A DNA stretch of 64,000 nucleotides, taken from Ylistrum balloti (taxonomy: Eukaryota). The DNA lies in contig NW_026782463.1 of NCBI RefSeq assembly GCF_031769215.1, positions 930,001 through 994,000 on the forward strand. The letters are read 5' to 3'. This document shows positions 11,510 to 25,900 of the stretch, piece by piece. How positions within the stretch are numbered: position 1 is the stretch's first letter; each line of letters starts with the position of its first letter. The notes below the pieces were generated by a model. It did not search any database. It saw only the letters and a program-made list of their open reading frames with translations, and was not told where the DNA came from. Made by a program: the position numbers and the translations under genes.

Positions 11510-14500
11510 CGTATATCTCTTATCTTCACTTCAGGATAACAATCTCTTTACTCCCGACTCCCTACAGTCACATCTTCACTTCAGGATAACAATGTCTTTA
11601 CTCCCTACAGTCACATCTTCACTTCAGGATAACAATGTCTTTACTCCCGACTCCCTACAGTCACATCTTCACTTCAGGATAACAATGTCTTTACTCCCGA
11701 CTCACTACAGTCACATCTTCACTTCAGGCTAACAATGTCTTTACTCCCGACTCCCTACAGTCACATCTTCACTTCAGGATAACAATGTCTTTACTCCCGA
11801 CTCACTACAGTCACATCTTCACTTCAGGATAACAATGTCTTTTACTCCTACAGTCACACTCACTTCTACAGTCACATCTTCACTTCAGGATAACAATGTC
11901 TTTACTCCCGACTCCCTACAGTCACATCTTCACTTCAGGATAACAATGTCTTTACTCCCGACTCCCTACAGTCACATCTTCACTTCAGGATAACAATGTC
12001 TTTACTCCCGACTCCCTACAGTCACATCTTCACATCAGGATAACAATGTCTTTACTCCCGACTCCCTACAGTCACATCTTCACTTCAGGATAACAATGTC
12101 TTTACTCCCGACTCCCTACAGTCACATCTTCACATCAGGATAACAATGTCTTTACTCCCGACTCCCTACAGTCACATCTTCACTTCAGGATAACAATGTC
12201 TTTACTCCCTACAGTCACATCTTCACTTCAGGATAACAATGTCTTTACTCCCGACTCACTACAGTCACATCTTCACTTCAGGATAACAATGTCTTTACTC
12301 CCGACTCACTACAGTCACATCTTCACTTCAGGATAACAATGTCTTTACTCCCGACTCCCTACAGTCACATCTTCACTTCAGGATAACAATGTCTTTACTC
12401 CCGACTCCCTACAGTCACATCTTCACTTCAGGATAACAATGTCTTTACTCCTGACTCCCTACAGTCACATCTTCACATCAGGATAACAATGTCTTTACTC
12501 CTGACTCCCTACAGTCACATCTTCACTTCAGGCTAACAATGTCTTTACTCCCTACAGTCTCATCTTCACTTCAGGATAACAATGTCTTTACTCCTCCCTA
12601 CAGTCACACTTCACTTCTACAGTCACATCTTCACTTCAGGATAACAATGTCTTTACTCCCGACTCCCTACAGTCACATCTTCACTTCAGGATAACAATGT
12701 CTTTACTCCCGACTCCCTACAGTCACATCTTCACTTCAGGCTAACAATGTCTTTACTCCCGACTCCCTACAGTCACATCTTCACTTCAGGATAACAATGT
12801 CTTTACTCCCGACTCCCTACAGTCACATCTTCACTTCAGGATAACAATGTCTTTACTCCCTACAGTCACATCTTCACCTACAGTCACATCTTCACTTCAG
12901 GATAACAATGTCTTTACTCCCGACTCCCTACAGTCACATCTTCACTTCAGGATAACAATGTCTTTACTCCCGACTCCCTACAGTCACATCTTCACTTCAG
13001 GATAACAATGTCTTTACTCCCGACTCACTACAGTCACATCTTCACTTCAGGATAACAATGTCTTTACTCCCTCTTCACTTCACTTCAGGATAACAATGTC
13101 TTTACTCCCTACAGTCACATCTTCACTTCAGGATAACAATGTCTTTACTCCCGACTCCCTACAGTCACATCTTCACTTCAGGATAACAATGTCTTTACTC
13201 CCGACTCCCTACAGTCACATCTTCACATCAGGATAACAATGTCTTTACTCCTGACTCCCTACAGTCACATCTTCACATCAGGATAACAATGTCTTTACTC
13301 TCGGCTCCCTACAGTCACATCTTCACTTCAGGATAACAATGTCTTTACTCCCGACTCACTACAGTCACATCTTCACTTCAGGATAACAATGTCTTTACTC
13401 CCGACTCCCTACAGTCACATCTTCACTTCAGGATAACAATGGACTCCCTACAGTCACATCTTCACTTCAGGATAACAATGTCTTTACTACTCAGGATAAC
13501 TACAGTCACATCTTCACTTCAGGATAACAATGTCTTTACTCCCGACTCCCTACAGTCACATCTTCACTTCAGGATAACAATGTCTTTACTCCCGACTCCC
13601 TACAGTCACATCTTCATATCAGGATAACAATGTCTTTACTCCCGACCCTACAGTCACATCTTCACTTCAGGATAACCATCACTTTACTCCCGACTCCCTA
13701 CAGTCACATCTTCACTTCAGGATAACAATGTCTTTACTCCCGACTCCCTACAGTCACATCTTCACTTCAGGATAACAATGTCTTTACTCCCGACTCCCTA
13801 CAGTCACATCTTCACTTCAGGATAACAATGTCTTTACTCCCGACTCCCTACAGTCACATCTTCACTTCAGGATAACAATGTCTTTACTCCCGACTCTCTA
13901 CAGTCACATCTTCACTTCAGGATAACAATGTCTTTACTCCCGACTCACTACAGTCACATCTTCACTTCAGGATAACAATCTCTTTACTCCCTACAGTCAC
14001 ATCTTCACTTCAGGATAACAATGTCTTTACTCCCGACTCACTACAGTCACATCTTCACTTCAGGATAACAATGTCTTTACTCCCGACTCCCTACAGTCAC
14101 ATCTTCACTTCAGGATAACAATGTCTTTACTCCCTACAGTCACATCTTCACTTCAGGATAACAATGTCTTTACTCCCGACTCCCTACAGTCACATCTTCA
14201 CTTCAGGATAACAATGTCTTTACTCCCGACTCACTACAGTCACATCTTCACTTCAGGATAACAATGTCTTTACTCCCGACTCCCTACAGTCACATCTTCA
14301 CTTCAGGATAACAATGTCTTTACTCCCGACTCACTACAGTCACATCTTCACTTCAGGATAACAATGTCTTTACTCCTGACTCCCTATAGTCACATCTTCA
14401 CTTCAGGATAACAATGTCTTTACTCCTGACTCACTACAGTCACATCTTCACTTCAGGATAACAATGTCTTTACTCCCGACTCCCTACAGTCACATCTTCA

Positions 14501-14909
14501 CTTCAGGATAACAATGTCTTTACTCCCGACTCACTACAGTCACATCTTCACTTCAGGATAACAATGTCTTTACTCCCGACTCACTACAGTCACATCTTCA
14601 CTTCAGGATAACATTGTCTTTACTCCCGACTCACTACAGTCACATCTTCACTTCAGGATAACATTTTCTTTACTCCTGACTCACTACAGTCACATCTTCA
14701 CTTCAGGATAACAATGTCTTTACTCCCGACTCACTACAGTCACATCTTCACTTCAGGATAACATTTTCTTTACTCCTGACTCACTACAGTCACATCTTCA
14801 CTTCAGGATAACATTTTCTTTACTCCTGACTCACTACAGTCACATCTTCACTTCAGGATAACATTTTCTTTACTCCCGACTCACTACAGTCTTATCTTCA
14901 CTTCAGGAT
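11510..14909. repeat. 50-bp minisatellite, ~3.4 kb, roughly 65-70 highly similar units
   Basis: Unit tacagtcacatcttcacttcaggataacaatgtctttactcccgactccc with a 50-bp period (e.g. 11881 to 11931). Variants include ctcacta, an 8-bp-deleted unit and acattttc near the right end. Confidence 0.98.
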
Positions 14910-15885
14910 TATAAGACTCTTTTCTATATGGGTATGTAGGATAGGGATATTCCACCCGAGGGGTCACAAAATGTGATGTTTTACCACATTTTGTGACCCC
15001 TCGGGTGGAATATCCCTATCCTACAAACCCATATAGAAAAGAGTTTTTTTCTCTCATTTCTAATCTCATATTATCAAATATTTGCACTCAACTCGCGGTA
15101 GCCAGCACTGGATGCCGCCTTTTTTTTAGAATTCTATTTTTTCCCCTTGGGTTATATACATAAAAGATTGCTGAAATAGATTCTCCATCCCCAAATTTTG
15201 CAAACTATGTTTGCGGTCGTAAACATAATATGGACTGTGAATGTAAACATCCAACGTCAGTGTTTAACTGTTTTTTCTTCAAGCGGGCCGGGTCAAATAC
15301 CCTGTCAAATATGTCACCCAGAGACACGCATACGCGTTCAAATATAGTGCCTTAAAACATGCAATAAAACAACATTTTTCTTTTTAATATTTACTATTGT
15401 TCAATGCATAATATACCATAAACACATTTAACATCTTTGAACATGTTGTTCAAGTTATTAATACTACTTTACTGTCAATAGTAATCTTACAAATCTTACA
15501 CATTTATGAATGGAATTCTTGGTTTGCTTGTGAGATGACGTCACTTACGTCACACATTTCGCGCCATACCGACAGAAGGAAAGTTAGTCACTGTCACTTT
15601 CAATCACACATGGACGACGGCGGAAAGCGGAGTCCCAGGGTTGGTGATGTTGATATTTATAGAACAATTTTGTAAATACGACCCTGCAAACAACGACTCC
15701 AATCGACTATGCGTGTTTGTGGATGAAGCGGTTGACGAGGACATAGTCGATGAGTGCGAGGGAAAAAACTATGAATTACTCCGCGCGCGAGGCTTTATTA
15801 CACAGGCGCCTGTGTAATAAACGTCTATCATGACCATGTTTATTGCCCTGTATAGGCCTATCTGACACAGGTGGAAATGAGAGAA
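14910..15885 (-). mobile_element. 976-bp non-autonomous DNA element inserted without TSD; long terminal hairpin and subterminal inverted repeats (Helentron/HINE-like or Crypton-like)
   Basis: Removing 14910-15885 restores the array unit cttcaggat|aacaat. Hairpin arms 14916-14975 and 14985-15044 (60 bp, 1 mismatch, 9-nt loop). Inverted pair ttttctctcatttc (15047-15060) and gaaatgagagaaaa (15874-15887). Perfect 28-bp palindrome at 15794-15821. No ORF. Confidence 0.85.
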
Positions 15886-16121
15886 AACAATCTCTTTACT
15901 CCCGACTCCCTAGTCTTATCTTCACTTCAGGATAACATTTTCTTTACTCCCGACTCACTACAGTCACATCTTCACTTCAAGATAACAATGTCTTTACTCC
16001 CGACTCTCTACAGTCACATCTTCACTTCAAAATAACAATCCCTTTACTCCCGACTCCCTACAGTAACATCTTCTCTTCAGGATAACAATGTCTTTACTCC
16101 TGACTCCCTACAGTCACATCT
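15886..16121. repeat. Continuation of the 50-bp minisatellite after the insertion (~5 units)
   Basis: Same unit, resuming in phase at aacaatctctttactcccgactccc. Confidence 0.95.
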
Positions 16122-16964
16122 GTGAAGATGTTGAGTACATGTGAATGAACATAGCTTTCATATATACCAGTTTAGATTCTAACACTGGATTTAAGTGACC
16201 TGCCATACTAGATAAGAGATTTACATAAAGTATTTAGTTTATAAAGAGACATTCACAACTGGTAAAAATGCCATATAAAGCCATTCCGAAATGAAATTCT
16301 CAGCAAATATTTTACAGTGAATCAAAATCCCTGGAAACAAATGTCCAATACCATATGAATTTGCCTGCATGCATGGATACCAATGTATAGACAAGGACAA
16401 AATCCATGTACTAATCACAACTAGGAAATTAAAAAAATATTAAGAAGATTTACTGGTAATTTGTTTAAAATTTGGGGAAAATATTGAAAGCTTCCTTCTT
16501 AAATAGGGTTTGATAAGAATTTAATATATGGACATTTTCCTGATTTCATCAAAACCGTAGATATATTTAAATCCTGATTCTGCAAGAGATGTGAACAACA
16601 TAATAATCAGTCTTCATTCCTTCCAAACCCACTCTCAGTGACTACAAATGGAGTACAATGGAAAAGAACTAAGACATGCTATGCTTCTTTCTGATAATCA
16701 ACTTTACTCCTGGTAAGAGAAGGTAAGACTTTTTAAGTGTTCTGCAACAATGATGTCTTTCTTGGTCTCTTCGCTTCAAAATGATGAACAGAATATAAAT
16801 GAAGCTCTGTGCAAAAATCGGTTCTGAATTTTATTTCACAAGTTGTAGCAAAACAATCAGAAGAAATTAAAGTTATCCACTGTTGTCATTATACCTGCAA
16901 AACACAAAAGTAACATTTAATGATGTATGCTTAACAAGGTCTTTATCAAGAATAGATAACATAT

Positions 16965-19514
16965 TCAGTCCTTTGTGTATTTCCACAGTTTGACTTCTCC
17001 ATTATCACTACAAGAAGCTAGTAAATACGGATCCTTAGGGTTCCATGATATAGAATTCACATCTTGGTTGTGAGCCTTGTTTACTGTCACTTCCAGTCGG
17101 AAATCTGGCTGGTTTTTATCTGAACTCGGCTCCTCCACAAAAACACGTATGGCATCATCTCCTGATGCCGTTGCGATGCGACCAGTCAGATGACACCAGT
17201 CTATATCATAAATGACACGGTTGTGGTATCCTGAAAGAGTACACACACATTTCCATGTGGAATCAGGTCCAGTCGTAGCCACCCCCTCAGAGTTACCCGG
17301 TGGGTACTCCTGCCATATCTTCACTGTCTGGTCATCACTGCAGGAAGCAAGCCTTGATCCAGATTGATCAAAACATATTTTCCATACAGTGGAATCATGG
17401 GATTCAAGGGTGGTGAAACAGGTCCAGTCATCTGTGTCTTCCTTAAAGAGTTTGATAGTGTTGTCATAGCTACAGGAAGCCAGAATCTCCTTGTTTGGAT
17501 GCCAAGTGACACATTTGACATCCTGAGTATGAGAACTTAGGACACTAGCACACTCGTACTCTTCATCCTCCGTCACTGATAAAAAAAAAGGCATCATTAG
17601 TGTGTATCATGTCATAGTTACAAATTCATCATATCGTCACTGATGTTTCCAAATAAGTTCTATGTATCAACAATTTGTCAAAGCAGTTTTGAAATGTTTC
17701 ATTTATAAATATTAACAGTATAACAGTATTATGGGTGCAGAAATCCTCCTGGGATTATTGTATATATAGAATATTGTCAAAATTTGTTACCTTCCCATAT
17801 CCAAACACTTTTGTCGCGGCTGCATGTTGCCAGAAGACTACCACCTGGAGACCACGCCCCACATTTGACTTCGTTTTCATGACCTTCAAGAGAGGCTATA
17901 CACTCAAATTCTCCCTCCTTTCTGCTCCAGATCCCTGTTGTAGCATCAAAACTTGCAGTAGAAAGGTAATTCCCACATGGTGACCATGCTACAGATCTCA
18001 CTGTCCTTTGGTGGCCATCTTCTAGTACTGTTTTACATACCCACTTGTTGCCCTCCTGGCCCCAGATACGGACCGTCTTATCACCCCCACACGAGGCAAG
18101 TATAGTTCCAGTGGGGTTCCACTTCACACACCACACACGGTCCTGGTGACCCTCCAAAACAGACACACACTCCAGTCTTGACTGTAAGACAAAATCACTG
18201 TTATTAGAAAATTTTGTGTTTCATTTATTCTGCGGCATCTAAACATATAAATTTTGATCTGTTAAAAAGAAACAACATTCTGTTAGCAAACGTTAATCAA
18301 AAATACTATGAGAGCATTTTTACTTTCCTATATTTGTATCGTCTGGACATTGGTTCTGGACCGCTATGTATTTGGGAATGTCCATTTTGTCTTACCATAT
18401 CACATGTACCAGAAAGAATTAACAGATATGATTTAATTCATTCACTATAAGATGTTATGAGTATATATTTCATTGGCGAATTTGTGTATTTTTTTCTTAA
18501 TACACATTTTTACATATCGCAAATCCTACTAGATATGATGAAATAACCTTTCAATTTATCCTCAGATGGCAATGTTTTGTTGTCAGCTGTCATGCAAATA
18601 AAAATTGTCCATGAATAATGAAAAATTATTACTTTTGACGACTCATTTCCGATTTTATTTAACTAGCCAGTTGAAGACCAAGGGATGAAAAATCAACTAT
18701 ATTTAAATAGTTTTTGTTATAAAAAAGATACTTTTACCAAGAAATATGGCTCATTAGCGAAAAAAATGGATCAAACAATAAAAACTTTCATCTAATCCTT
18801 TAGAAAAGGTGCACACATACACAGAGATATCCACCACTTTCGCACCATAAATGCTTTTTTAAAATTTGTATTTTCGTCAAAATGTCATTACCGTTCAATT
18901 AATGATTTTATGAAATGCATGTGTACTTCCTGGTCACACTTAGCTAACCCAAGCGTCTGTGATTTAGTGATATCATCAGAAATGGAAGTTTATTCACATG
19001 TCCGATACACATGTCGATCACTTCAGGCAAGAGAATTTGAGATTGCATGTGTGGATAACTTATTAGAAAAATACTGGTCTTATAGCGTCACTCAATATCA
19101 TGACGTCACAACATATACAAAAGCACACAAAACGTCAACATCACAATAACTGCGCGATTGATATCTCGCTGTAGCATACCAAATTTTCTTCATTTCTTGA
19201 AGCACTAACCAACAAACCAACATTTATTGGTGTTTTATTGTCTAGGTTCTTTCAATAGAGAATGTCATAGTTGCATGTAAGCTTTGCTCTTTTAAGACAC
19301 TGTCTAACTCGTATTTCCACAAACGACAATGCATACCACTAAATGATATGTCGTAAATTGGATGAAGATACCGTAACCTTACTCTGGCATACCCGTCAAA
19401 ACTGGGAACGTATCAGAAAAGGAAACGTGTGGACCAGTCTAAATATTGGATAACGTAATATGTAAATACACAATTCTATACATATGCATGTCAAATCTTC
19501 TGCTGCCATACCAT
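16965..19514 (-). CDS. CIAO1: Cytosolic iron-sulfur assembly component CIAO1 (WD40), ~334 aa; exons 19514-19512 (ATG only, inferred), 18181-17791, 17575-16965
   Basis: WD40 repeats with CIAO1-specific motifs ([53 protein letters not shown]...[15 protein letters not shown]). GT-AG intron 17790-17576 is in phase (G|TG = Val). Acceptor ttacAG lies at 18183-18182. The start exon is inferred from caATG|gtatgg at 19514. Confidence 0.95.
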
Positions 19515-19918
19515 TGCTAAAATGGGATTTCTTCAGTTGATTCACGTCTTTTATTCCTTGGACAAGATATATCGATTCACTCAGACTAATGCTAATGCTA
19601 GGTCATGGGCGCTGACATCTTGAAAATAGTTCCAATATCTAGCATTCTTCCGCGAATTCGTATTTAGTATGAAGGCATGCTAGATTCTAATGTTATACCC
19701 AAATATAAGTAGAAGATTTTCAATATCAAATGGTACACAAGTTATTCAACAAAATGAACGTTTTTCAATTTTGTTCACGCACTATTTACCTCGGATATAT
19801 CCAATGATAGAGCTGTTGTTAGGCATTTCCTGTTTTGATTTCTTCCAAAACGGGACATCCGACAAGTTTGGTGAATGATTCATTACAGACACTGTTATAG
19901 AAAGATCAAATCTTAAGT
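19515..19918. promoter_or_regulatory. Putative bidirectional promoter/5' UTR region between CIAO1 and RSU1
   Basis: Divergent start codons lie ~400 bp apart (19514 on -, inferred; 19919 on +). An aagatgtcagcgcccatg motif on the minus strand at ~19622-19605 may mark the CIAO1 transcription start (inference). Confidence 0.55.
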
Positions 19919-22900
19919 ATGGCAGGTAAGGCCAAGAAGTATGTGGAGGAGAACAGGGAATCCAAAAATCCTGAATTGGAGCTCGTCGATAAGTCCATCG
20001 TTAATCTGTCGGAAGTGCCAGGACTGTGTAAGTATTCAGTACATGTCAGTCAAGCACACCTGCTGGTAGATTGTTCAACCAACAATGGATAGTATAATTA
20101 CACACCAAGTATAGATGACTTTAGTTCCGTGGTTGAAAAATTGAAGATTCCCCATCAAAAATGAATCTCAGATGTTTAATATCTGATCCATAATTAGGGA
20201 ACAACTTTGCTTTTGAAAGGCGAAAGGCCTCTAATAGTCTTGATGCGATGAAATTCAGACAACTTACACGTCCTTTAAATAAATTGAAAAAAAAATCAGT
20301 GTTTATATGATGCTATCCTTTGAGAAGAAAATGTATATTGGGAATTCCTGGGTGTAAAAGAGATTTCCTACAAATAACAGAGGTCATTGTTTATTCGTTG
20401 TAATAATGCCTCAGCTAGCAATCGAACCCAAGACTTTTGATTTAACAGTCTGACTCTCACATGATTGATAGTCTGACACTCATCCGATTGACGTAAAGAA
20501 AACTTCCTTCTAGCCAAACAGCATATCGTGGTTGTTATATTACCATTTTTACAAACTCCTCTAGGAAATAACTTGGCCTCAAGCTTCCCAGGGATTACAT
20601 AGATACTTAAGAAATAAACACTAAGTATTATTCCTGAGTCCCCAGAAGTGTGCCAATGTAACAGAGATCATTGCTTAATCCTATTCTGCCATAAGAACCC
20701 TTGAACCTCTATTTTAGTAGTCTGATACTCAACAGGTGGAGATAAAGAGAAATTTGTTTTCTCTAGTCAAGTTGTTAATTGTGGTTAGTATTTTATCAGT
20801 ACTACATACATATCTTCTCAAAACAATGTTTCCAGCTTGAATAAGTTGATGTGGATATGTAGAGTGCTTGTTGACCCAACATCCAGATATAAACCAGCAG
20901 CCATATGTAAAGGATTCTATTTACCCTGCAGTTGTGCAGGGCTATCATGTGGTAGCTTTGTCAGCAAGGAAAATGACAAGTGATTAAGAATGGGGAAAAG
21001 GTGCCAACCTTCTGCATATGGTGTCTTTGTATTTCAATGTAATTGCAAGTCAGCAGTCACTGTAATCTCAGTACCTGACCATCTGAAAGTACAATTGTAA
21101 AATGTTATGGACTGCCAAATGTGAATGATATTTACAATGATATATGATGCATATTTCAGTAAATTCATACTTAAAAGAGTGCTAGTTATGATATCATAGA
21201 GTTGGCTAACGTTGGACATTTTTTGTAACTTTTTCCAGTACTTATGGTATTTAAATTTCATTTTTAAAAACAAGTAATGACTTATTATGTGGCTTTGTCT
21301 CTGTTTTCAGTGGATTTGCAGCACATAACCAGGTTAACACTGACACATAACAAAATAACAGGTAATGTGTGTAATAAAACGATAAAACATGAAAAAATAA
21401 AAATTTTGAAACAAAAAGTTACTTCTATTTTTTACATTATATAACTATAGTGTAAATTTTATAAATAAACATTTACAATTCTTTACTATTCTACATTAAT
21501 ATTGATTGCCTGTGATTTGTAGATTGAAGGTTTTGAGTACCAGTATTTACTTGTCACATATGTAAGGTTTTTATAAATCAGTTCTTAAATGCAGCTTGAT
21601 AATGCTAAAATTAGTTTCTTAAAAGAATACCTTGGCTCACTTGGTTGTGACAGTGATATAAGATAGATGTATTTAACTATGTAGTATAATAAAAATTGTG
21701 AAAACTCTTCATTTTAGGTCTTTGTGACATGTGTCTGATGGTGATAGTTATAATAAATAGCGATTGTAATAGCTTGAACAGGTCTCTTATGATTTAATTT
21801 GATATTCAGCTAGTTATAACAAGTTTTGGAAATAAAGTTGGAGATTTTGGAAACTAATTCATCTCTGCTTATCTTTATGCCTAATTTTAACCAATGTCAA
21901 CATAATGTATTTCTGTAATTTCAGCAATTCCTGCAAACATCACAGAACTAGCTAACCTGGAGCACCTGAATCTCTTTAATAATCATGTTAAGGTTGGTTG
22001 CTTTGTTTCTTGTTCTGATAATGTGAATATGTGATACACACCACAGCATTCTTAGGGACTCAGAAAGTTGATTAAAATCTTTTTTTTCTCATCACTTTGT
22101 TTGTTCATCTCTGACATCACCTGAAGCACAAGAGTAGTTCTAAAGAAACTGTGAACACGTTTTATTCATGACCTGTACTAAATTTTCACTTTTTCCAAAA
22201 GTTATGCCATGTAGGCATGCTAAAGCTCTTGTGCTATGTGTGAATGAACCTGTCCTTTCATTAGGAACTTTGTCCTCTGATTTGAAATAATGTAACTTAT
22301 TCATAAATAGACATATAAAATTATCAATCAAAACTCTTTTATATATATACAATGGGTCAACCTGCTCTAAAATAGATGACTAGTGTATTTATCTATTAAG
22401 GTTTTATAAGGGATGGTAATTGACAAAGGCTAACAGTCCATATCAGACACATTAAAACAATTGTGTAAATTTGTGGGGATGAGTGAACCTCTGGGTATCA
22501 CATCTGTTGAATCAAGGTTAATAAAACATCACTCTTCTTTCAGGAAATCCCAAGTACAATCAATTCCATGATGAAGCTGAAGATATTAAACCTTGGGTAA
22601 GATTTTTAGTCCACTATCATCAGATGGTTGGCTATTCAAATTGTCCTACGTCTTTGGTCCGTCTGTCCGTCAATTTTTTATATTGCTATCTCTTGAAAAG
22701 TACTGGATGGATCTCTCTTACATTTCATATGTAGGTGCCCTTTGGTACTTAGTTGTACCCATTTGTTTTTTGGTGTGATCAGAAAAACAAAATGGCCGAT
22801 AGGCGACCATCTATGATTTTGACTCTGCTAGTTTTTTAATTGCTATTTCTTAAGAACTTTGACAAAGATCTTTCTCAAATTTCATGTGTTTGTTTCCCTG

Positions 22901-25900
22901 GATCCCTTGTTGTGCATTTTTGGGACTGATTGAAAATAATAGAATGACTGACAGGCAGCCATCTTGGATTTTGCTTAGTAAAGATTGTTATCCCTACATC
23001 TTACGAACTATTTATTGGATCTCTCTCAAATTCTGTATGTTTGTTCCCTTTGGTCTCTTCTTGTGCCTGTTTGTTTTTGAGACTGATCAGCAGAAATAAA
23101 ACCGCTTTCAGACGTCCATCTTGGATTTGTTAGGTAAAGATTATCATTACTATTTTTGCAAAGGAATGTTCAAATGTCTTATCATTAAAAGCAAAAACAG
23201 AGAAAAGAAGGGAACTTTCAAAGAACATATACAGATCACACAAAGATGGGTGCCAAGATCCCTCTAGGATCTCTTGTTTATTTTCAATATATCAATAAAT
23301 ATTTTGAAGTTAAAGGCAACAGCAGGGAAACAATATTGTCTTTTCCAGCAGACAATACTGAGCCAGCCAAAAAACAACAAACAAATCAGCATCAGGGGAT
23401 GTATGTCCAGTATTTGAAAACAAAAAATTTCATTACCAAGAACATATATATACAGGGCTCTCACACCCCATTTTGGGACTGGGGCCCGGGGCCCTTAGAA
23501 TTGGGAAAAATAACTGGGTTTTCCTTAGAATTGGGAAAACTTGGGTTCTAAATTGGGAAAAAAAGATACTATTTTGCATTGGGAATGGGGCCGAATATTG
23601 GCCCCAAATCTGGCAGATCGAGAGCCCTGATATATATAAATGTTGATGTTATTATCAATACATGTACACTACACCAATAAACATCTTATCATTTTGGTTG
23701 TAGGATGAATAAACTGAATACCTTGCCTCGTGGTTTTGGTGCCTTTCCTGTGTTGGAAGTTTTGGACCTGACATACAACAATCTGAATGAGAGATCATTC
23801 CCTGGAAATTTCTTTTGTTTGGGTAAAGGCTTTGTACATGTAATTTGACGTATCAGAATAGATTTTAGTTGATCTTAACCAGTTAGAAAATTGTGTGTGG
23901 TGTTACAATGATTTGAATGACCAATGACCAGTCAAGCATATCTACAAGATGACCATTAACTTACAGACAAAACAAGTAATATATGAACATTAATTGGTAA
24001 CAATGTGGGGATTGACTCATAAAAGGATTCACTATGCCTTGTTTAAAACCTGGTCTTAGATGTGGGAAGCCTTTGAAACATTGTAGGTCAATATATACAT
24101 TGTACAAACATTCACATACAAGATATATACTTCTAAATACAAAGACAATGTTTGTAACATGTTACTTATTGTGATATCACTTACATCACAGTATTATACA
24201 TGGGGCTTATATGACTTTAACATGTAACAGATTATTTTCTCTAATGTTTATGAACTTTTGACCATTCCAAATTCTTTTATTTAAGCTTATGTAACATTTG
24301 CAAAAATGAAAAAGTTTTAAGGTGTATTCTAGTGCAAAAATTTAAGTCCATGAAGAAGGAAAGAATATGTTGAAATAACTATTTTATTTGGCTATAAGAC
24401 TAAACATAACTTTTGTAATGAGTAAATACCGGTAGATGTGTACGTAGCTTGTACTGTTTTACATGCGGAATTAAATATACAGAGAAAACAATCAGTATTG
24501 CAATATGCATGCCTTTAACAAGAATATTATTGATTTTTAACTTTATTAGTTACTAGTAAAGCTCACCAGAACTTTCTTGAGAGTTTTTAGGTGGAGCATC
24601 GCTTTCTTTTGTTTTAACCTTAAAATTTGTATCATTGTGATTTCAGATACACTGAGAGCTCTATACCTTGGAGATAATGATTTTGAAGTGATTCCTCCAG
24701 AGATAGGCAGGTTAAAGAGTCTTCAGATTGTGAGTAACTTACAACTTATGATACTTGTATAACTTTTTAAATGTTTGAAGTCATTGAATCTACAAAGGTC
24801 AGCTGATAGTTTGGTGTGATTACATTGTCATATCACATTTCAAGTGATTTTTTTCTTTGAATATGCCTTTCAAAATGATATTACGCATTTGAACAGTTCC
24901 TTTACTAATGTAGATGGAGGTGTGTGTAAAATGCATGTTTTTTTTCTAAGCTAGCTCCTGTGGTAAAGGTAAAATGAGGGTATGGAGATAACATACTAGT
25001 TTTGTCTATTTCTCTGACTGCCTGTGAATATTTTTAGGAAAATTTCAATGCAATAATTGTGATATATAGTGTTGTTATAGTTTATTGCCTTGCACATTTG
25101 TGATAGAATTTTTTTTCTATAGGTATAGCAAAGGTTTTGGATGTGAGGTAATATCATGGTAATATGGGAATTTTTATAAACGTTGTAGAGATAAAAAAAT
25201 TGTTTATGTGTTGTTTATGTATTTGGGGACTTTAGGGACAGATTTGTGTTTGTAAATATTTATGTGTTGAGGACTTTATGTAGAGAATAAACACTGTTGA
25301 TATATGTGTTGTTGGAGACCCAAAAATGTTATTGGGACTTGTTGAAATAGATAAATGCCATTTTTATGTGTGTATCTGTTAAGGACTGATTGTAGAGATA
25401 TGTGGAAAATATATATATAGGAACTCATTGTAGAGACAGGTAACTGTGAGACAGGTAACTAAGAGACAGGTAACTGTGAGACAGGTAACTGTAAGACAGG
25501 TAACTAAGAGACAGGTAACTGTGAGACAGGTAACTGTAAGACAGGTAACTGTAAGACAGGTAACTGTGAGACAGGTAACTGTGAGACAGGTAACTAAGAG
25601 ACAGGTAACTGTAAGACAGATAACTGTGAGACAGGTAACTGTAAGACAGGTAACTAAGAGACAGGTTACTGTGAGACAGGTTACTGTGAGACAGGTAACT
25701 GTGTATGTAAGTTATTTGAGACTTGTTGTTGAGACAGGTGAATGTGAACATATTTATGTGTTTAGGACTTCCTGAAGACACAGATAAACGCTGTGTATAT
25801 ATGTATGTGTTATGTGTTAGGAATTGGCTGTAGAGACAAATTAACATCTTATTTGTGTATGTATGTGTTGGTGAATCCAATTTTTGATTAGCTCTGTAGA

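Noticed and set aside
11510-16121. CRISPR-like array
   Set aside because: The units are contiguous near-identical 50-mers with no unique spacers, there are no cas genes, and the context is eukaryotic; it is a minisatellite.
25425-25880. RQVTV and SHSYL repeat ORFs
   Set aside because: Translations of a 15-bp intronic minisatellite.
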